Part shown: in pieces, positions 24,950-36,899 of the stretch
Layout: each line of letters starts with the position of its first letter
Position numbering within the stretch: position 1 is the first letter of the stretch
Assembly: GCF_016432865.1 (NCBI RefSeq)
Contig: NC_067400.1
Location: 519,932,001-519,996,000, forward strand
Source of the DNA: Antechinus flavipes
Lineage: Eukaryota
DNA: 64,000 nt
Direction of reading: 5' to 3'
Position numbers and translations under genes: made by a program
The notes under the pieces: model-generated
What the model was told of the DNA's origin: nothing
Database searches by the model: none
What the model saw: the letters and a program-made list of their open reading frames with translations, nothing else

Positions 24950-25500
24950 GCCTGCTGCCTCCTAAGGCAGCCCATTCCATTTTTAGATAGCTCTAATTGT
25001 TAGGAAATTTTTCCTGACTCCAAGTTGAAATTTTCCTTTTTGCAGCTTTTTACCAACTACTCCTGGTTCTGCCTTCTAGGATCCACTAAAGCAAGTGTAA
25101 TTCCCTTCCACACAAAGAATTTGAAATACTTAAAGAAAACTCTCATGTTCCCCCTGTCTTATCTTCCCTTGACTAAACATTCTCAGCTGATAGACCCTTC
25201 ACCACCTTTCCTGGTACCTCTGCTCCAGTGCTCCTTGAGTTTATCAGTGTCTTTAAACTGAACCAACCTTCCAAATGAGCTCTGTCCAGGGTAAGCTACA
25301 ATTAGGCTTTCATTACCTCCTGATTCTTGGAAGGTGAGTTTCCCAAAATGCAGCCCAAGATGACATTAGCTTTTTGATCTGCCACATTCTGCCATACTGC
25401 TAGCTTTGAGTTTGCAGCCCACCAGAACCTCCAGATTTTTTACAAATTGCTAAGCATCTTGTCCCCATCTTGTACTTAAGAAATGTGTTTATTGTTATTC
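24950..25500 (-). mobile_element. CR1/L3 3' fragment
   Basis: ggcagcccattccattttagatagctctaattgttaggaa (L3/MIR3-type tail) plus antisense RT-tail sequence. Confidence 0.6.
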
Positions 25501-27608
25501 TTAATCCACGCATTTTTAGCTAGGACAGAAATGTCTAAATTGACAAGAGTTCTCATACTGTGATTCTTGTTGGGTCGGTACCCTCTTAATTACTTCAAGG
25601 AAAAAGCTGGAGAAAAGAAAGCAAGCCATTATTTAGAAATAGGTGGTTAAAGAAAGACTGAAGAAAATTTTGCTTTCAGATTGATCCAGATTGGTTTTTT
25701 CAAACTGGGCTAATTGTTAAGTGCTCTCATTTATTTCTAAAGCTGGGAGCAGGAAACTTCATCCACAATTACCTGCTTTAGAACAAGAAGTCTTAATCTT
25801 TTTCCATCCCTGTGATCCTTGAGTTTTTTATAAATTTTCTCATTCTTTTTATTCAGTAGGAAAGGGAATAAATTCTAGAATTTCTCATGCAAATGCATGT
25901 GAGAAATAATTAAGTTCAATAGGCTAATATACTTATTTGCTAAATAATTCCTCCTCCTCCCTTGATAAACTTGTCATTTTCCTAGGAGTAAGTATACCTC
26001 AGATTGATAACCCCTACTCTGGAACTATGGTGTGTATTGGAACAGGTTGGTATGATGCTGAATTGCATTTGAAAAAGGGAGAGGCAAGAACAACCAGATG
26101 CTAAACATTAGACAAATATGTAATAATCTTTCATAGCTATGTAGCACATTATAGAGGTCCCTCTCATATATCTCATCTGATCCTCACAATAGTCTTACCC
26201 AGTAAATAAATATGAAAGGAATTATTATGATCATTTTTTATTGATAAAGAGCTTGAAACTTAGAAAGATTTAATTGACTTGTCTGAGATTTTAAAAATAA
26301 TCCTATGAGATAGGTAGTGAAAGTGTTATTCCCAATTTCAGATAAGGAAATTGAGACTCAGAGAAGATCAGTAGATCCATTGCTCAAATTTCTATAGTGC
26401 TTTAAGATTTTAAAAATAATTTCCTCAAAATAATTCAGTCATGCAAGAATTGACAGTCCCATTTTACAGATTAAAAAAACTTGAGACTCAGGGGGAGCTT
26501 AAAGGATTTGCTTAAGGACATCCAACTAATAAGCAGTAGAATGGAGGGAAAAAAGGCCAAATGTTAAGATCTGGAGACAAAAGGAACTCTGCAGATTATT
26601 TAGTTCAATCCCCACATTTTGATAGTTGAGTATACCGAGGCCCAGAGATGATTGTTGGTTTTTAGCCAAAAGAATCTAAGTAGCTGATGTGTGCCAGATA
26701 CTGTGCTAAACTCTGAGGTGTACAAGGAAAGGCAAAACCAGCCTCTGCTCTTAAGGTGCTCATAGTCCAATGGAACAATGTATAAATAACTATATAAATA
26801 AATAGAAGCTGTCTAAATATAAGGTGATTTCAAAGTTAAGGCATTAGCATTTGGGTAGGAGGAAGAGGACCAGGAAAAGTCTCCAGAAGGCAGGATTTGA
26901 GTTCAGTCTTCAAAGAAGCCAGGGAAGCAGAATGAGGAGGAGAACATTCTGAGTGTGGAAATGACCAGTACCATGATCCAGAGTCAGGAAGTAAGAGAGT
27001 TGCAAAAAGGAACATGGAAGTCCCACCTTCTGCACTTTCCTCCAATCCCTCATCACTGTAGTACCTTTCCTCAGCTGCTTTTTTCCCAATTTATTTAATT
27101 TGCACACTGTATGTGTATGTTGTCTCCCTCATTGGGCTCTGAACTCCTATGAGAGCAGGGATTGTCTTTTGTCATTCTTTGCACCCCCAGCATTTAGCAC
27201 AGTGTTTGGCAAATAGTAGGCATTTAAATGTTTGTTGACTTGTCTGAGGAATAGCAAGCACACTAGCATCACTAAATTGAAGAGTATTATGGGGAGGAAG
27301 GGGATGTTAAAAATAAGAAGATTGCAAAGATTGTGTTGTGAAGGACTTTAAAGGGTTTGCCTAGCCAAGGAGAAGAGATTCATTTGCTCAGTCCCACAGG
27401 TAATAAATGACAGAGTCAAGATTTAAAGCCAGCAGTCTAGCATTTTTTCTTTTATATGCTGCCCCTCTAGAATTTCAGTCAGTAGAAAACTGCCCATTTC
27501 CTACCTTTTTCAGGCTTTCTGGTTTATATAGAGTGCAATGACCTCTATAGAATTATGTACACAGGGAACCTGATGTGACTAGGAGAGTAATTAGATTTGT
27601 GGTAGAGT

Positions 27609-27832
27609 TGTGCAGAGGGAGAATTGTTCGGTTCTGCAAATATGTATTGTATCTAGGATATACTGCAACATATTTAACATATATAGGACTGCTTGCCATC
27701 TGGGGGGGGGGAGGAGGGAGGGAGGGGAAAAAACGAAACATAAGTGATTGCAAGGGATAATGCTGTAAAAATTATCCTGGCATGGATTCTGTCAATACAA
27801 AGTTATTATTAAATAAAATTAAAAAAAAAAAA
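27609..27832 (+). mobile_element. Very young 5'-truncated L1 (224 bp) with perfect 16-bp TSD
   Basis: TSD agatttgtggtagagt at 27593-27608 and 27833-27848; AATAAA and poly(A); near-identical to 1-453. Confidence 0.95.
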
Positions 27833-27991
27833 AGATTTGTGGTAGAGTAAATTGCTTCATAATAGAGTTCTGCTATACTTAATAAGACGTTTTCCACAGA
27901 ACATTGCCATAAAGCCCACTGAGTTTTTCTGAAATAGAAATAATACCATGCTTCATTTTGCTTTATTTTGTCTCATCACCTCCCCCTCTAG

Positions 27992-28064
27992 GCTAAGGAA
28001 AAGGACTTCAGGCACTTTGACGCTGTCATTTTTATTAATGCATCAGAAAACTTGCTACCTCTAG
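27992..28064 (+). CDS. XRRA1: XRRA1 coding exon B (73 nt): AKEKDFRHFDAVIFINASENLLPL
   Basis: Acceptor ccctctag, donor gtaagt; human AKENDFKHFHSVIYINASENLLPL. Confidence 0.96.
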
Positions 28065-28377
28065 GTAAGTCGTCTCCTGGTAGTAATGCCTCTGTCCCAC
28101 ACCATCTCACATCTGTCCTGATCGAATTATTGCTTACTAATGGCCTTTGCTCGCCCTGTTCTCTGAGCCAGGACAGCCTGCCCCACTGCCACCAACACCT
28201 TGCCTAGTGACACTTTACCTTTCCTCCAAAGCCCACCTCAGATATCATCTTCTCAGTGAATCCTTACCCAGGGGTCCCAGTCCCTTCTTCCCTCTTCCAC
28301 ATGGCAGAGACCTTTGTTTGCATTTTACCTGCTTACTGTGAGTTAGTGTGCAATATGGGTATATGTGTCCCTGCCCT

Positions 28378-28511
28378 GCATCCTCCTCAGATATCCCATC
28401 ATGGTATAGAGGTGACCCTGGATTCTTGAAGATTGTACCAAAGGGATACAAGTTCTTGCAGGCTTTGAGTGTGGGCCTGGCAATGGATGGGCGTCCATCA
28501 TCTGAGGATGC
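28378..28511 (-). ncRNA. Putative box C/D snoRNA-like element (orphan, unverified)
   Basis: 8-bp terminal stem GCATCCTC/GAGGATGC in canonical register around box C ATGATGG and box D CTGA; second ATGATGG inside; no known family recognised. Confidence 0.25.
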
Positions 28512-29444
28512 TAAGTACAGAGAGCTCCTGGACATAAATTTTTCTCAGTTTCCCAATTCATAGGGTTGTGATTGGAATCACCAGAAGGAAGATCTTATGT
28601 CAATTTTAATTAGTGGGCCTTTGATACATTGAAATAAGTGCATCTGTTGCCTTCCATGACTATCAGGAGCTCCATGAGAGAATAGAATGTCTCTTCATGC
28701 TTGATTCAGTGCCTAATATGGGGCTCTACATGTAGATACTTAAATGTTTTATGAATTAAATCTAATTGACAATTAACATATGCAAGGTCTTGAGCTAGGG
28801 ACTATGGCAGAAACAAATATATATATAAAACAAAGGTCTTGTCCTTTCAGACATTATATATTTGGGGAAAAAAGATCATAAATTTAATAATCCTGTGCCT
28901 TGGTCTTAATATCCCTAACTTCTAGCTTCCTCTTCTATAAAAGGAGGATAATAATACTTTTATTGGTACCTAATAGGATTGTTGTGAGGATAGAATGAAA
29001 TCATGAATACAAAGAACTTGTATGCTTTAGATTTTGTGAAAAGTCAATACAAATATAAGTAACGGTTTGAAATACTAATAAAGATATCATAAAGCAGTAC
29101 AAAATGATGTTCAAGTAAAATGATACAAATGGCAAATACTAGAGAACTAAATGGGGGAAAAAGAGGTAAAGATGTACCAGAATAGTGTTGGAAGGCTTTA
29201 TGGAAGACTTATTTGGATTTTAAAGGTTAGCAAAGATTTGTATAGCTAGAAAAGAGAGAATTATACTCCTAGAGGGGGAAGTGATATATTCAGAATCAAA
29301 GAGAAAGGAAAACAGAAAACCTGTATAAGAACAACTTTTAAACTATAGAATGTCAGAACAGGAACCTTAATGTATGTGTGTGTGTATCTATATCTATATA
29401 TCTATAGCTATATACACAGACACCTTAGTGTATGTACATATGTG

Positions 29445-29445
<1 letters not shown>

Positions 29446-29484
<39 letters not shown>
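29446..29484. repeat. (GT)n microsatellite
   Basis: Direct reading. Confidence 0.95.
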
Positions 29485-29486
<2 letters not shown>

Positions 29487-29489
29487 CAA

Positions 29490-29885
29490 CAGAGTTCACA
29501 GACTACTGATTTGGGCTGGGAGGAACCTTAGTAAGCAGAATTTCAGAACTGGAAGGGATCTTGGAACATATGCTATCAGAAGTCAAAGGAATCTTAAAGC
29601 AGAGAATATCAAAGCTGGAAAGGGCCTTAGAACACAAAATGTCTACAGATGGAAAGAACATAGAATGTCAGAGTAGGAAGGACTCTTGGAACACAAAGTC
29701 AGAGCAAGCCTTGAAACCCAGCCTGTCAGCCCTGAAAGGGACCTTGAAACACAATGGAAAGAACTTAAAAATATAGAATGTTAGCAATGACCTTAGCACA
29801 TAGGGATATAGACAGGGATATGGGAACATAGATTGTTAAATCTGGAAAAAAAAAACTTTGGAACATAGAATTTCAGAGCTGGGAA
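29490..29885 (+). repeat. Degenerate ~33-bp tandem array, consensus AACATAGAATGTCAGAGCTGGAAGGGACCTTAG
   Basis: About 12-13 diverged units; further remnants at ~29340 and ~11865-11955. Confidence 0.8.
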
Positions 29886-30229
29886 GTATTTTTGCCCATT
29901 AGAAGGGATGGTCCAACTGCCACTGGTGATTAAGATGACATTTTGCAAGTTCTGATTGAGAAATGTAAATTGGTGGTCACACAGAGTCAAGACAGAGATC
30001 ATAGGGTAACCAAATCTAAGATCCAAATACATATCAGGAGTTTATAATAGCACCTGAAATATAAAAACATCCACAGAAAAACACTGGGGATCATTAAAAT
30101 AATGGTTTGTCTCAGGAAGCTTCTCTAGTGTTTTAACCAAGTCATTGATAAAAATAGCAAAGCTCCCTGAGCACCCCTGCTAAACATCTCCACAAAAATG
30201 TAATTAACATTTTTATCAATAACTTTGAC

Positions 30230-30975
30230 AAGTCCCAGGTTGAGCTTCAGACTTTGCATTCAGGTTGAATGGATGGCATATTCATCAAAATGGCAGATGA
30301 TACAAGGCTGGGAATGATAATACTGAATGACAAATTCTGAATCTGAAAGATCATTGACTAGATAGAGCACTGAGCCATCCTACTAAAAAGAAACCATGAA
30401 ATTATGAAATGATATATTAGGAATAAAGACTAAGATGTTCATTTCAATTCAAAAGACCAATTTTATATGTTCAAGATGGGGGAGGTAAGGTGAGGTAAAA
30501 GTGCATTTGAAAAAAAGATACAGAGGTCTTTATGAATTGTACTCAGTGTGAGTCAACAATGAAATATTGCTTATATCTAATATGACATGGAATAAAGATA
30601 GCATCTAGCTAATATGGTCTTGGACCGAATTAATAGAAAGTATAGAGAGTATAAAGGAGTTGATTATCCCATTGTATTCTGCACTGATTGGACCCATATG
30701 GAATTAGTATATTGAGTTATGGACATGATATTTTAGACGGTCACTGACAATCCAGAGAACATTGAGAGATAGAGAACCAGAATGGTTTTAAAAAATGGAT
30801 CTCAATATCATGCCATACAAGGATCAGTTGAGGGTACTGGAAATGTTTATCTTGGGGAAAAGAAAAGGTCAAGAGACATAATAAAATCTTTGAGTATTTG
30901 GAAGGTTTGTTATATGGAAGAGTGGCTAGATATATTCAGCTTGGCTCCAGGATACAGAAGTGTAAAGATTAGACA
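30230..30975 (+). mobile_element. CR1/L3 3' fragment (RT C-terminus)
   Basis: atcaaaatggcagatgatacaaggctggga = IK(F)ADDTKLG-like, followed by a CR1 tail. Confidence 0.75.
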
Positions 30976-30981
30976 AAGATG

Positions 30982-32054
30982 AGAGTAGTGATGATTGGTG
31001 ACCACCAGCTAATGGTACTTAGGAGGCCTGACATGTTCCTAGGGAATGTATCCAAGAGATAACAGGGAACTTGTCAAAAACAAATCTCCCCACTTCTTGT
31101 GATTCATATGGGTACAAATAGTACTGCCAGAAAGAATTTAGAATTAATTGCCAAAAAATTTTGTAGTCTTGGGCAAGAACTGAAGTCCTTAGGGGCACAA
31201 GTTGTGTTTTCATTACTGTTATTCACTGAAGGCAAAAGAAAAACTAATCTGAAAGGTAAAGAGTTGGTTAAGAAGACACTGTCTGAGAACAAGATATGGA
31301 TTACTGAAACATAGGGTTAATATATAGGAATGCAGATTCATGGTCAGGATGGAGTCTTACAGGGAAAAAAATGTATCTTCTGTCTTGCAAATCTAATCAA
31401 AGGCACTTTAAATTTAAAAAGATTGGAGAGGAAGGACACTATATCTATATACATATATCTGTATATAATATGTATATGTATATCTTTGTGTGTGTATCTC
31501 CATCAAGTTACATACCATAGAAGAAATCTACAATGAAGAAAAAATAGGCATTGAGACATAAGAAGCTCATAAGAAGCACAATCCTAAGAAAATAATCACT
31601 AGTAAAACTCATTGCCTCAAAAATTTATGTTTAAAAGCTTAGATATTAGGGAAGCAGAGAGAACTAGAGGTCCTACCATAAGGAGATACATTTGATATCA
31701 TATATTTTATTAAGGTTTGATAGAATGAAACTCATACCTGGCATGTGTCTCATAGGTACATACTTTATTTAAGAAGAATTGAATAAGTAAAAGTGGAGAT
31801 ATGGTGGGACTAACATTATATAATTAAGAGGAAATCCAGAACTACAGTTAGGCAAAGTATGGTTAAGATCATTTGAATAAAGATCATTAGAAGAAGAAAC
31901 AAATATTTTTATCATGGGAATATGCTACGGACCACCTGGACAGAGGAAAAAATACATAAGGAGTTCAAGATAAAAAAGCACAAGTGTGGCATAGAGGAAA
32001 GAATGAGTAATGGGGATTTCAATAGTCTATACATTTACTGAGCTCTCCTTCCCT

Positions 32055-32108
<54 letters not shown>

Positions 32109-34625
32109 CAAAGGAGTTAATAAATTCTTGATTTGTTTTAATGGTAATTTCATTATTTAAAAGGTGGAGGTACCAACAATTCTAGACATGATTATCACTA
32201 GTTAAAAAAAAGAATTGCTTGCAGGAGTAGAAATAATAGAAATTCTGTGAAATGACTATTCTCCCTTAGAGCCTATAATTTCAAAGAGCTCAATGGAAGG
32301 ATAGGTAGGATACCAGGAGTTAAAATTGTACAGTGAAAGTCCAGGAAATTGGGATACTTTCATGAATTAAATTATAAAGACTCAAAGCAAAATAATGTGG
32401 ATGAGAAAGCAATCAATAAGCACTTATTAAACACCTGTTGTTTTGCCAGGCACTGTGTTAGGTGTCAGGGATGCAGAAGTGGAGCAATCCTTGCCCTCAG
32501 TAAGCTTACTTTCTTCTAGGGGACTATAGTCTATTCAGGAATACATAAATATATATGTACATAACTGTCCAGTTAATTCATAAAGGAAGAGTGCCAACAA
32601 TTATTGGACCCAGGAAAGATCTTTTTTTAAAAAAATAGCTTTTTATTTTCAAAATACATGCAAAGATAGTGTTCAACATTCATCCAGAAAAGATCTTTTG
32701 AAGAAGATGGTAGTTGAATTTTGCCTTGAAGAGAACCAGGGATTCCAAGAGGCAGAGATGGATGGGAAGATTATTTTAGTCTGGGTAAAGCTAAAGAGGC
32801 AAGAACTAGAATGTTCTATATGGGGAATATAATAAGAGAAACTATTTGAACAGGCCTATATAAACACAAAGAGAACTTGCCAACTAATTTAGATGCTTAA
32901 AATATTAATACGGAAAATGAAAAATGATAAATAACAAGCAGAAGAACATGAAAGCATTCTTATCCTGTTAGAATAATGCCAGGAGTGCAAATACTTGGAA
33001 TCAAATGGAAGATGGCAAGGTAAGGAAAGGATGACAACAACTAAAAAGATTTCTTAGGGGAAAAGCAGAACAAGAAAGGTGAATGGGACAATGATAACTT
33101 ATGACAGCGAGAAGATTTGCTCCATTCTGCTTTTGTTTTTGTTTTCTATACCAAGAATGATCTTTGGGCTGGAAAGATCTAAGTAAGGAAGTAATAAGAG
33201 AATTTTAAGTTGTTCTTGATAAATTCAAGTCACCTGTGCCAGATGAACCACATATCCTTGGGTATTAAAAGAATTGTTTATTGGAAGTGATTGTTGAACC
33301 AGTCAGTAATATTTGAAAGATCTTAGAGAACAGGAGAAGTACAACATTATTAGAACAAGACAAATGTTGTTCTAATGTGGGGAGGTTAAAAAAAAAAAAA
33401 AGGACAAAGATTGGAATCTGAAACTACAGTCCAAGAAATTTGACTCTGATTTCTGGGAAAATTCTAGAACATATTAATGAGATGGTTGGTAAACATTTAG
33501 AAAAGGAAGCTTCAATCACAAAGATCCAGCATTGTTTCAGCAAGAACATGCAATGCCAGAATAATTTTATTTCTTTGACAGTATTACCAAACTGGTAGAT
33601 TAGAAGAATTTTATAAATTTAGTTTGTCCATGTATTTACCAAAGCATTGAGGTCTCTCATGCTATTTTTGTGGGAGAGATTAAGAAAGAAAGATTTGGCA
33701 GAAGTACAATTAAATGGATTTAGAATTGGTTGATTTCATCTTAAAATGAGGTTTATTAGGAAGTGCCTTGGAGGGAATCTATGATTGACTCTATGCTGGC
33801 TAATATTTTTACCCATGACTTGGTAAAAGGATATGTAGAAAATTAATAAACTATGCAAATCATACAAATCTAGGAAAAGTAATTAACACACTAGATAACA
33901 GATAAGCTAGAAAATTATGCTGACTCATAATATGACATTTAATTGGAATAAGTTTAAAGACATACAGGTTCAAGATAATGATTTCTTAAGTACAAGATAG
34001 ACTTTAATGATATAACTATACAATAATTAAAAGACCTTCTTCTGACAAGAAAAAGATCTGGGAGTTTTAATGGATTACAAACTCACTATGAGTACACAGT
34101 ATGATATGGCATGATCTCACATGATCTTGGGCTCTATTAAGAGAGTGCATCTTCTGCGTATAAAAAGGTAATCCTGCTGTAGTTTTCTCTGGTCAGATAC
34201 ATCTGGTATATTATGTTCAACTCTGAGCACTTCCCTTGAGGAAAGATATTGATATGGTGAAGAAAATCCAGAGAAGGTCCACCGAAATGGTAAATAATCT
34301 CAAGACCATGTTTTATGAAAATCAATCGAAAGAACCAGGGATGTTTACCCTGGAAAAGAGAAGTCTTAGGAAGACAAGATAAGTTCCTTTAAGGGCTTAA
34401 GGTCTCACATAGAGGACGGATTAGGCTTTGACTCCAGGAGCAATGGGCAAAGGTTGCAAATTGAGGCAGACTTAAGTTTGGTGGAAAGAAAAACTTCCTA
34501 ATTAAAACTATGGAAAAGTAGAATAGGTTGCTCCAGGAAAGCCTCCCTCTCATTGGAAATCTTCAAGTCGAAGCTAAATGACATTTTTTTCCTTTGATTG
34601 TTGCAGAAGGAATTCTCATTCAGAT
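30982..34625 (+). mobile_element. Long CR1/L3 relic with ORF1 SGNH-esterase remnant, EN and RT remnants, with internal SINE/L2 and (CT)n insertions
   Basis: VVMIGD, IHMGTN...LGAQVVFS, DGV(H)L; EN GDFN; RT SPVPDE.H, SGKILE, QHCF, D.TNLG remnants in CR1 order. Confidence 0.85.
32059..32106. repeat. (CT)n microsatellite
   Basis: Direct reading. Confidence 0.95.
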
Positions 34626-36899
34626 GTGAGTTGAACTAGATGAAGTGATTCATGCAATCTGATGCTCTTTTGCTGTATCTAGAACTACTGACTTTCCATG
34701 ATATCTCATCTGGGAAACTGATTTCAATTTTTGACATGAACCAGTACCAGAAATAAACAGAAAAAACATTGCATTTAGGATGAGTGGACCTGGGTTTAAA
34801 CCCTCTGTTTGCTACCTGCTACCTGCGTTATTTCTAGAAAGTCACTTCCCTTCTCCAAGCTTAGTTTCCCTATTTGCAAAATGGTAGTGTTGACTGACTA
34901 CCGCTCTAATTCCATGACACCTGACCATCTGCATTAGGTGAAGCAATAAGTCTCAGCATTGTGGCCAAGTAAGCTGTGCAGTGTCCCCACTGGTCTTTGC
35001 CTTACACTAATCCCAGGCCCTCTGTTCACCATTATCTATGGGATGGTTTAGTCCAGTATTCTACAGCTCCTCTTATTATCTTTCCCCCCTAAATACTGTG
35101 GTGGAAATGCCAGGGCAGTGAGCCACCACTAGCTTCAGTTGTTCACAGACACTCAGAGTATCCTTGCAGAATTGAACATGCCCCTGAATCCTGGTCTACC
35201 CCTGGGCCTTGCAGCTTTCCCCACCTTCTCAGTACTAACAGTAACAAAAAAAGTAAATCAGAATAACCAGTATCAGAACTGATGGGCTTTGCAAAGACTT
35301 TCTCCTCATCATGAAGTGGTCAGTGAGTTCATTTCAATTCAATTCAATTCCACAATTCCTTTTCAAGCACTTGCTCTGACCAGGTTTGAGATGTATGGTG
35401 TAGGAGGTTAAAAGTTTGTGAGACATGGCCTGGCAGTCAGGAAAATATGGGTTCAAGTCTTGCCTCTGACTAGAGGCCTGACCATGGATGGGCAAGTCAT
35501 TTCTCAGTGATCCAGGGAGCATTGTCACAAGCTCTAAGATAAGGGTTCTCCATAAGAATGAAATAACATGTTGGACTGAGTAAAGCCTTGTATCTAAGAA
35601 GAACAACAATAATAATACTAATAGCTAATATTTATATAGTACTTATTATGTGCCAGGTACTGAACTAAGCATTTTACAATTCTTAGATCATTTGATCCTC
35701 ATGACAATCCTACGATGTGGGTGCTGTAATATCCATTTTACAGATAAGGAAAATGAGGCAAACAGAGGCTAAGTAACTTGTTCAGGGTGACACAGCTAGA
35801 ACAAGGAAGAATGATGCAGTAGAATAGAACTGAAGAGTTCTTGTTACTAACTTGTGTGGACCTTAGACAAATCATTTTCTCCTCTGGACCTCAGCTGTGA
35901 GTTGATGATATTGGATAAGAGTTGAGTTCAAAATAAAAGGATCTACTTACAGGGCTAAAGATCATCACATCTTCTCTTGACATCATCTGCATGGTCCTGA
36001 CTGTTCACTGCCATTTTTCCTTAAAGCTATACAATCTGTATAAAAAAAAGGGGGGGAGGTCTATATCATTATAAAGTGAATTGATCTTTCAGTGTAGGAC
36101 CATATGTTTACATATACCCACCATCATTCACTTCCTCAGAGTTCTTGTTTATAGTCTAAGGGAAGCCTCAAGTCTTGGTTTGCTGATTGAGTGAAATTAA
36201 TGAGCAGGTCTGAACCAAGAGAATGTTGATATTGGTGCTGGTTCAGGCAACATTACTGCCTAAGTCCTCATGGCAGCATCATAATCGTTCATATTCCTTG
36301 CCCTTCCCCTTGAAGGGTACTTTGTACAAGTCCATTTCAAGATTTCACAATTTTGAAAATACTTCAAATAACTTCTATCAACAATAAGGAAAGGATAGTT
36401 TGGGAACACCATGTGCCAGTTATTTTTGGACTTGGGGGAAAGTATGTTTGTGTAGTTAGATAAAGAGATTAGATATACATACATACATACATATACATAG
36501 ATATACCCATTTGAGTTATGCTTTTATAGCCCATTCATAAGGAAAAACTGAATTTGATTCCTTGAGGAAAACTTAGCCCTGATTTACTCCAAGACTGAAA
36601 GCATGACTATTCTTTCCATATTTGGAGTTCTGCAAGACTCTCTGGGGAGAAGGACTAAATACAAACATGATCAATAATGAGAAGAACACTAAACTAAAAA
36701 TCAGGAGATTTAGATTTGAATCCTAGCTATGCCGCCTTTTTACTTTGGGCATGTCCCAACTTTTTTGATTCTCAATTTGTTATCTGTAAAACTAGAAATC
36801 TGAACTGTCATTCTTTTAAAATAAGCTGTCATCATTCAACAATCTCTCCTCTATTGAGGTTCATGCTATCTAAGCATCATACAGTCCAGATACTGTAGC

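Noticed and set aside
29490-29885. CRISPR-like array
   Set aside because: Units are contiguous and degenerate with no unique spacers, there are no cas genes, and the context is mammalian
34683-34760. Possible alternative terminal exon (E)LLTFHDISSGKLISIFDMNQYQK*
   Set aside because: Only a moderate acceptor; no homology or other support
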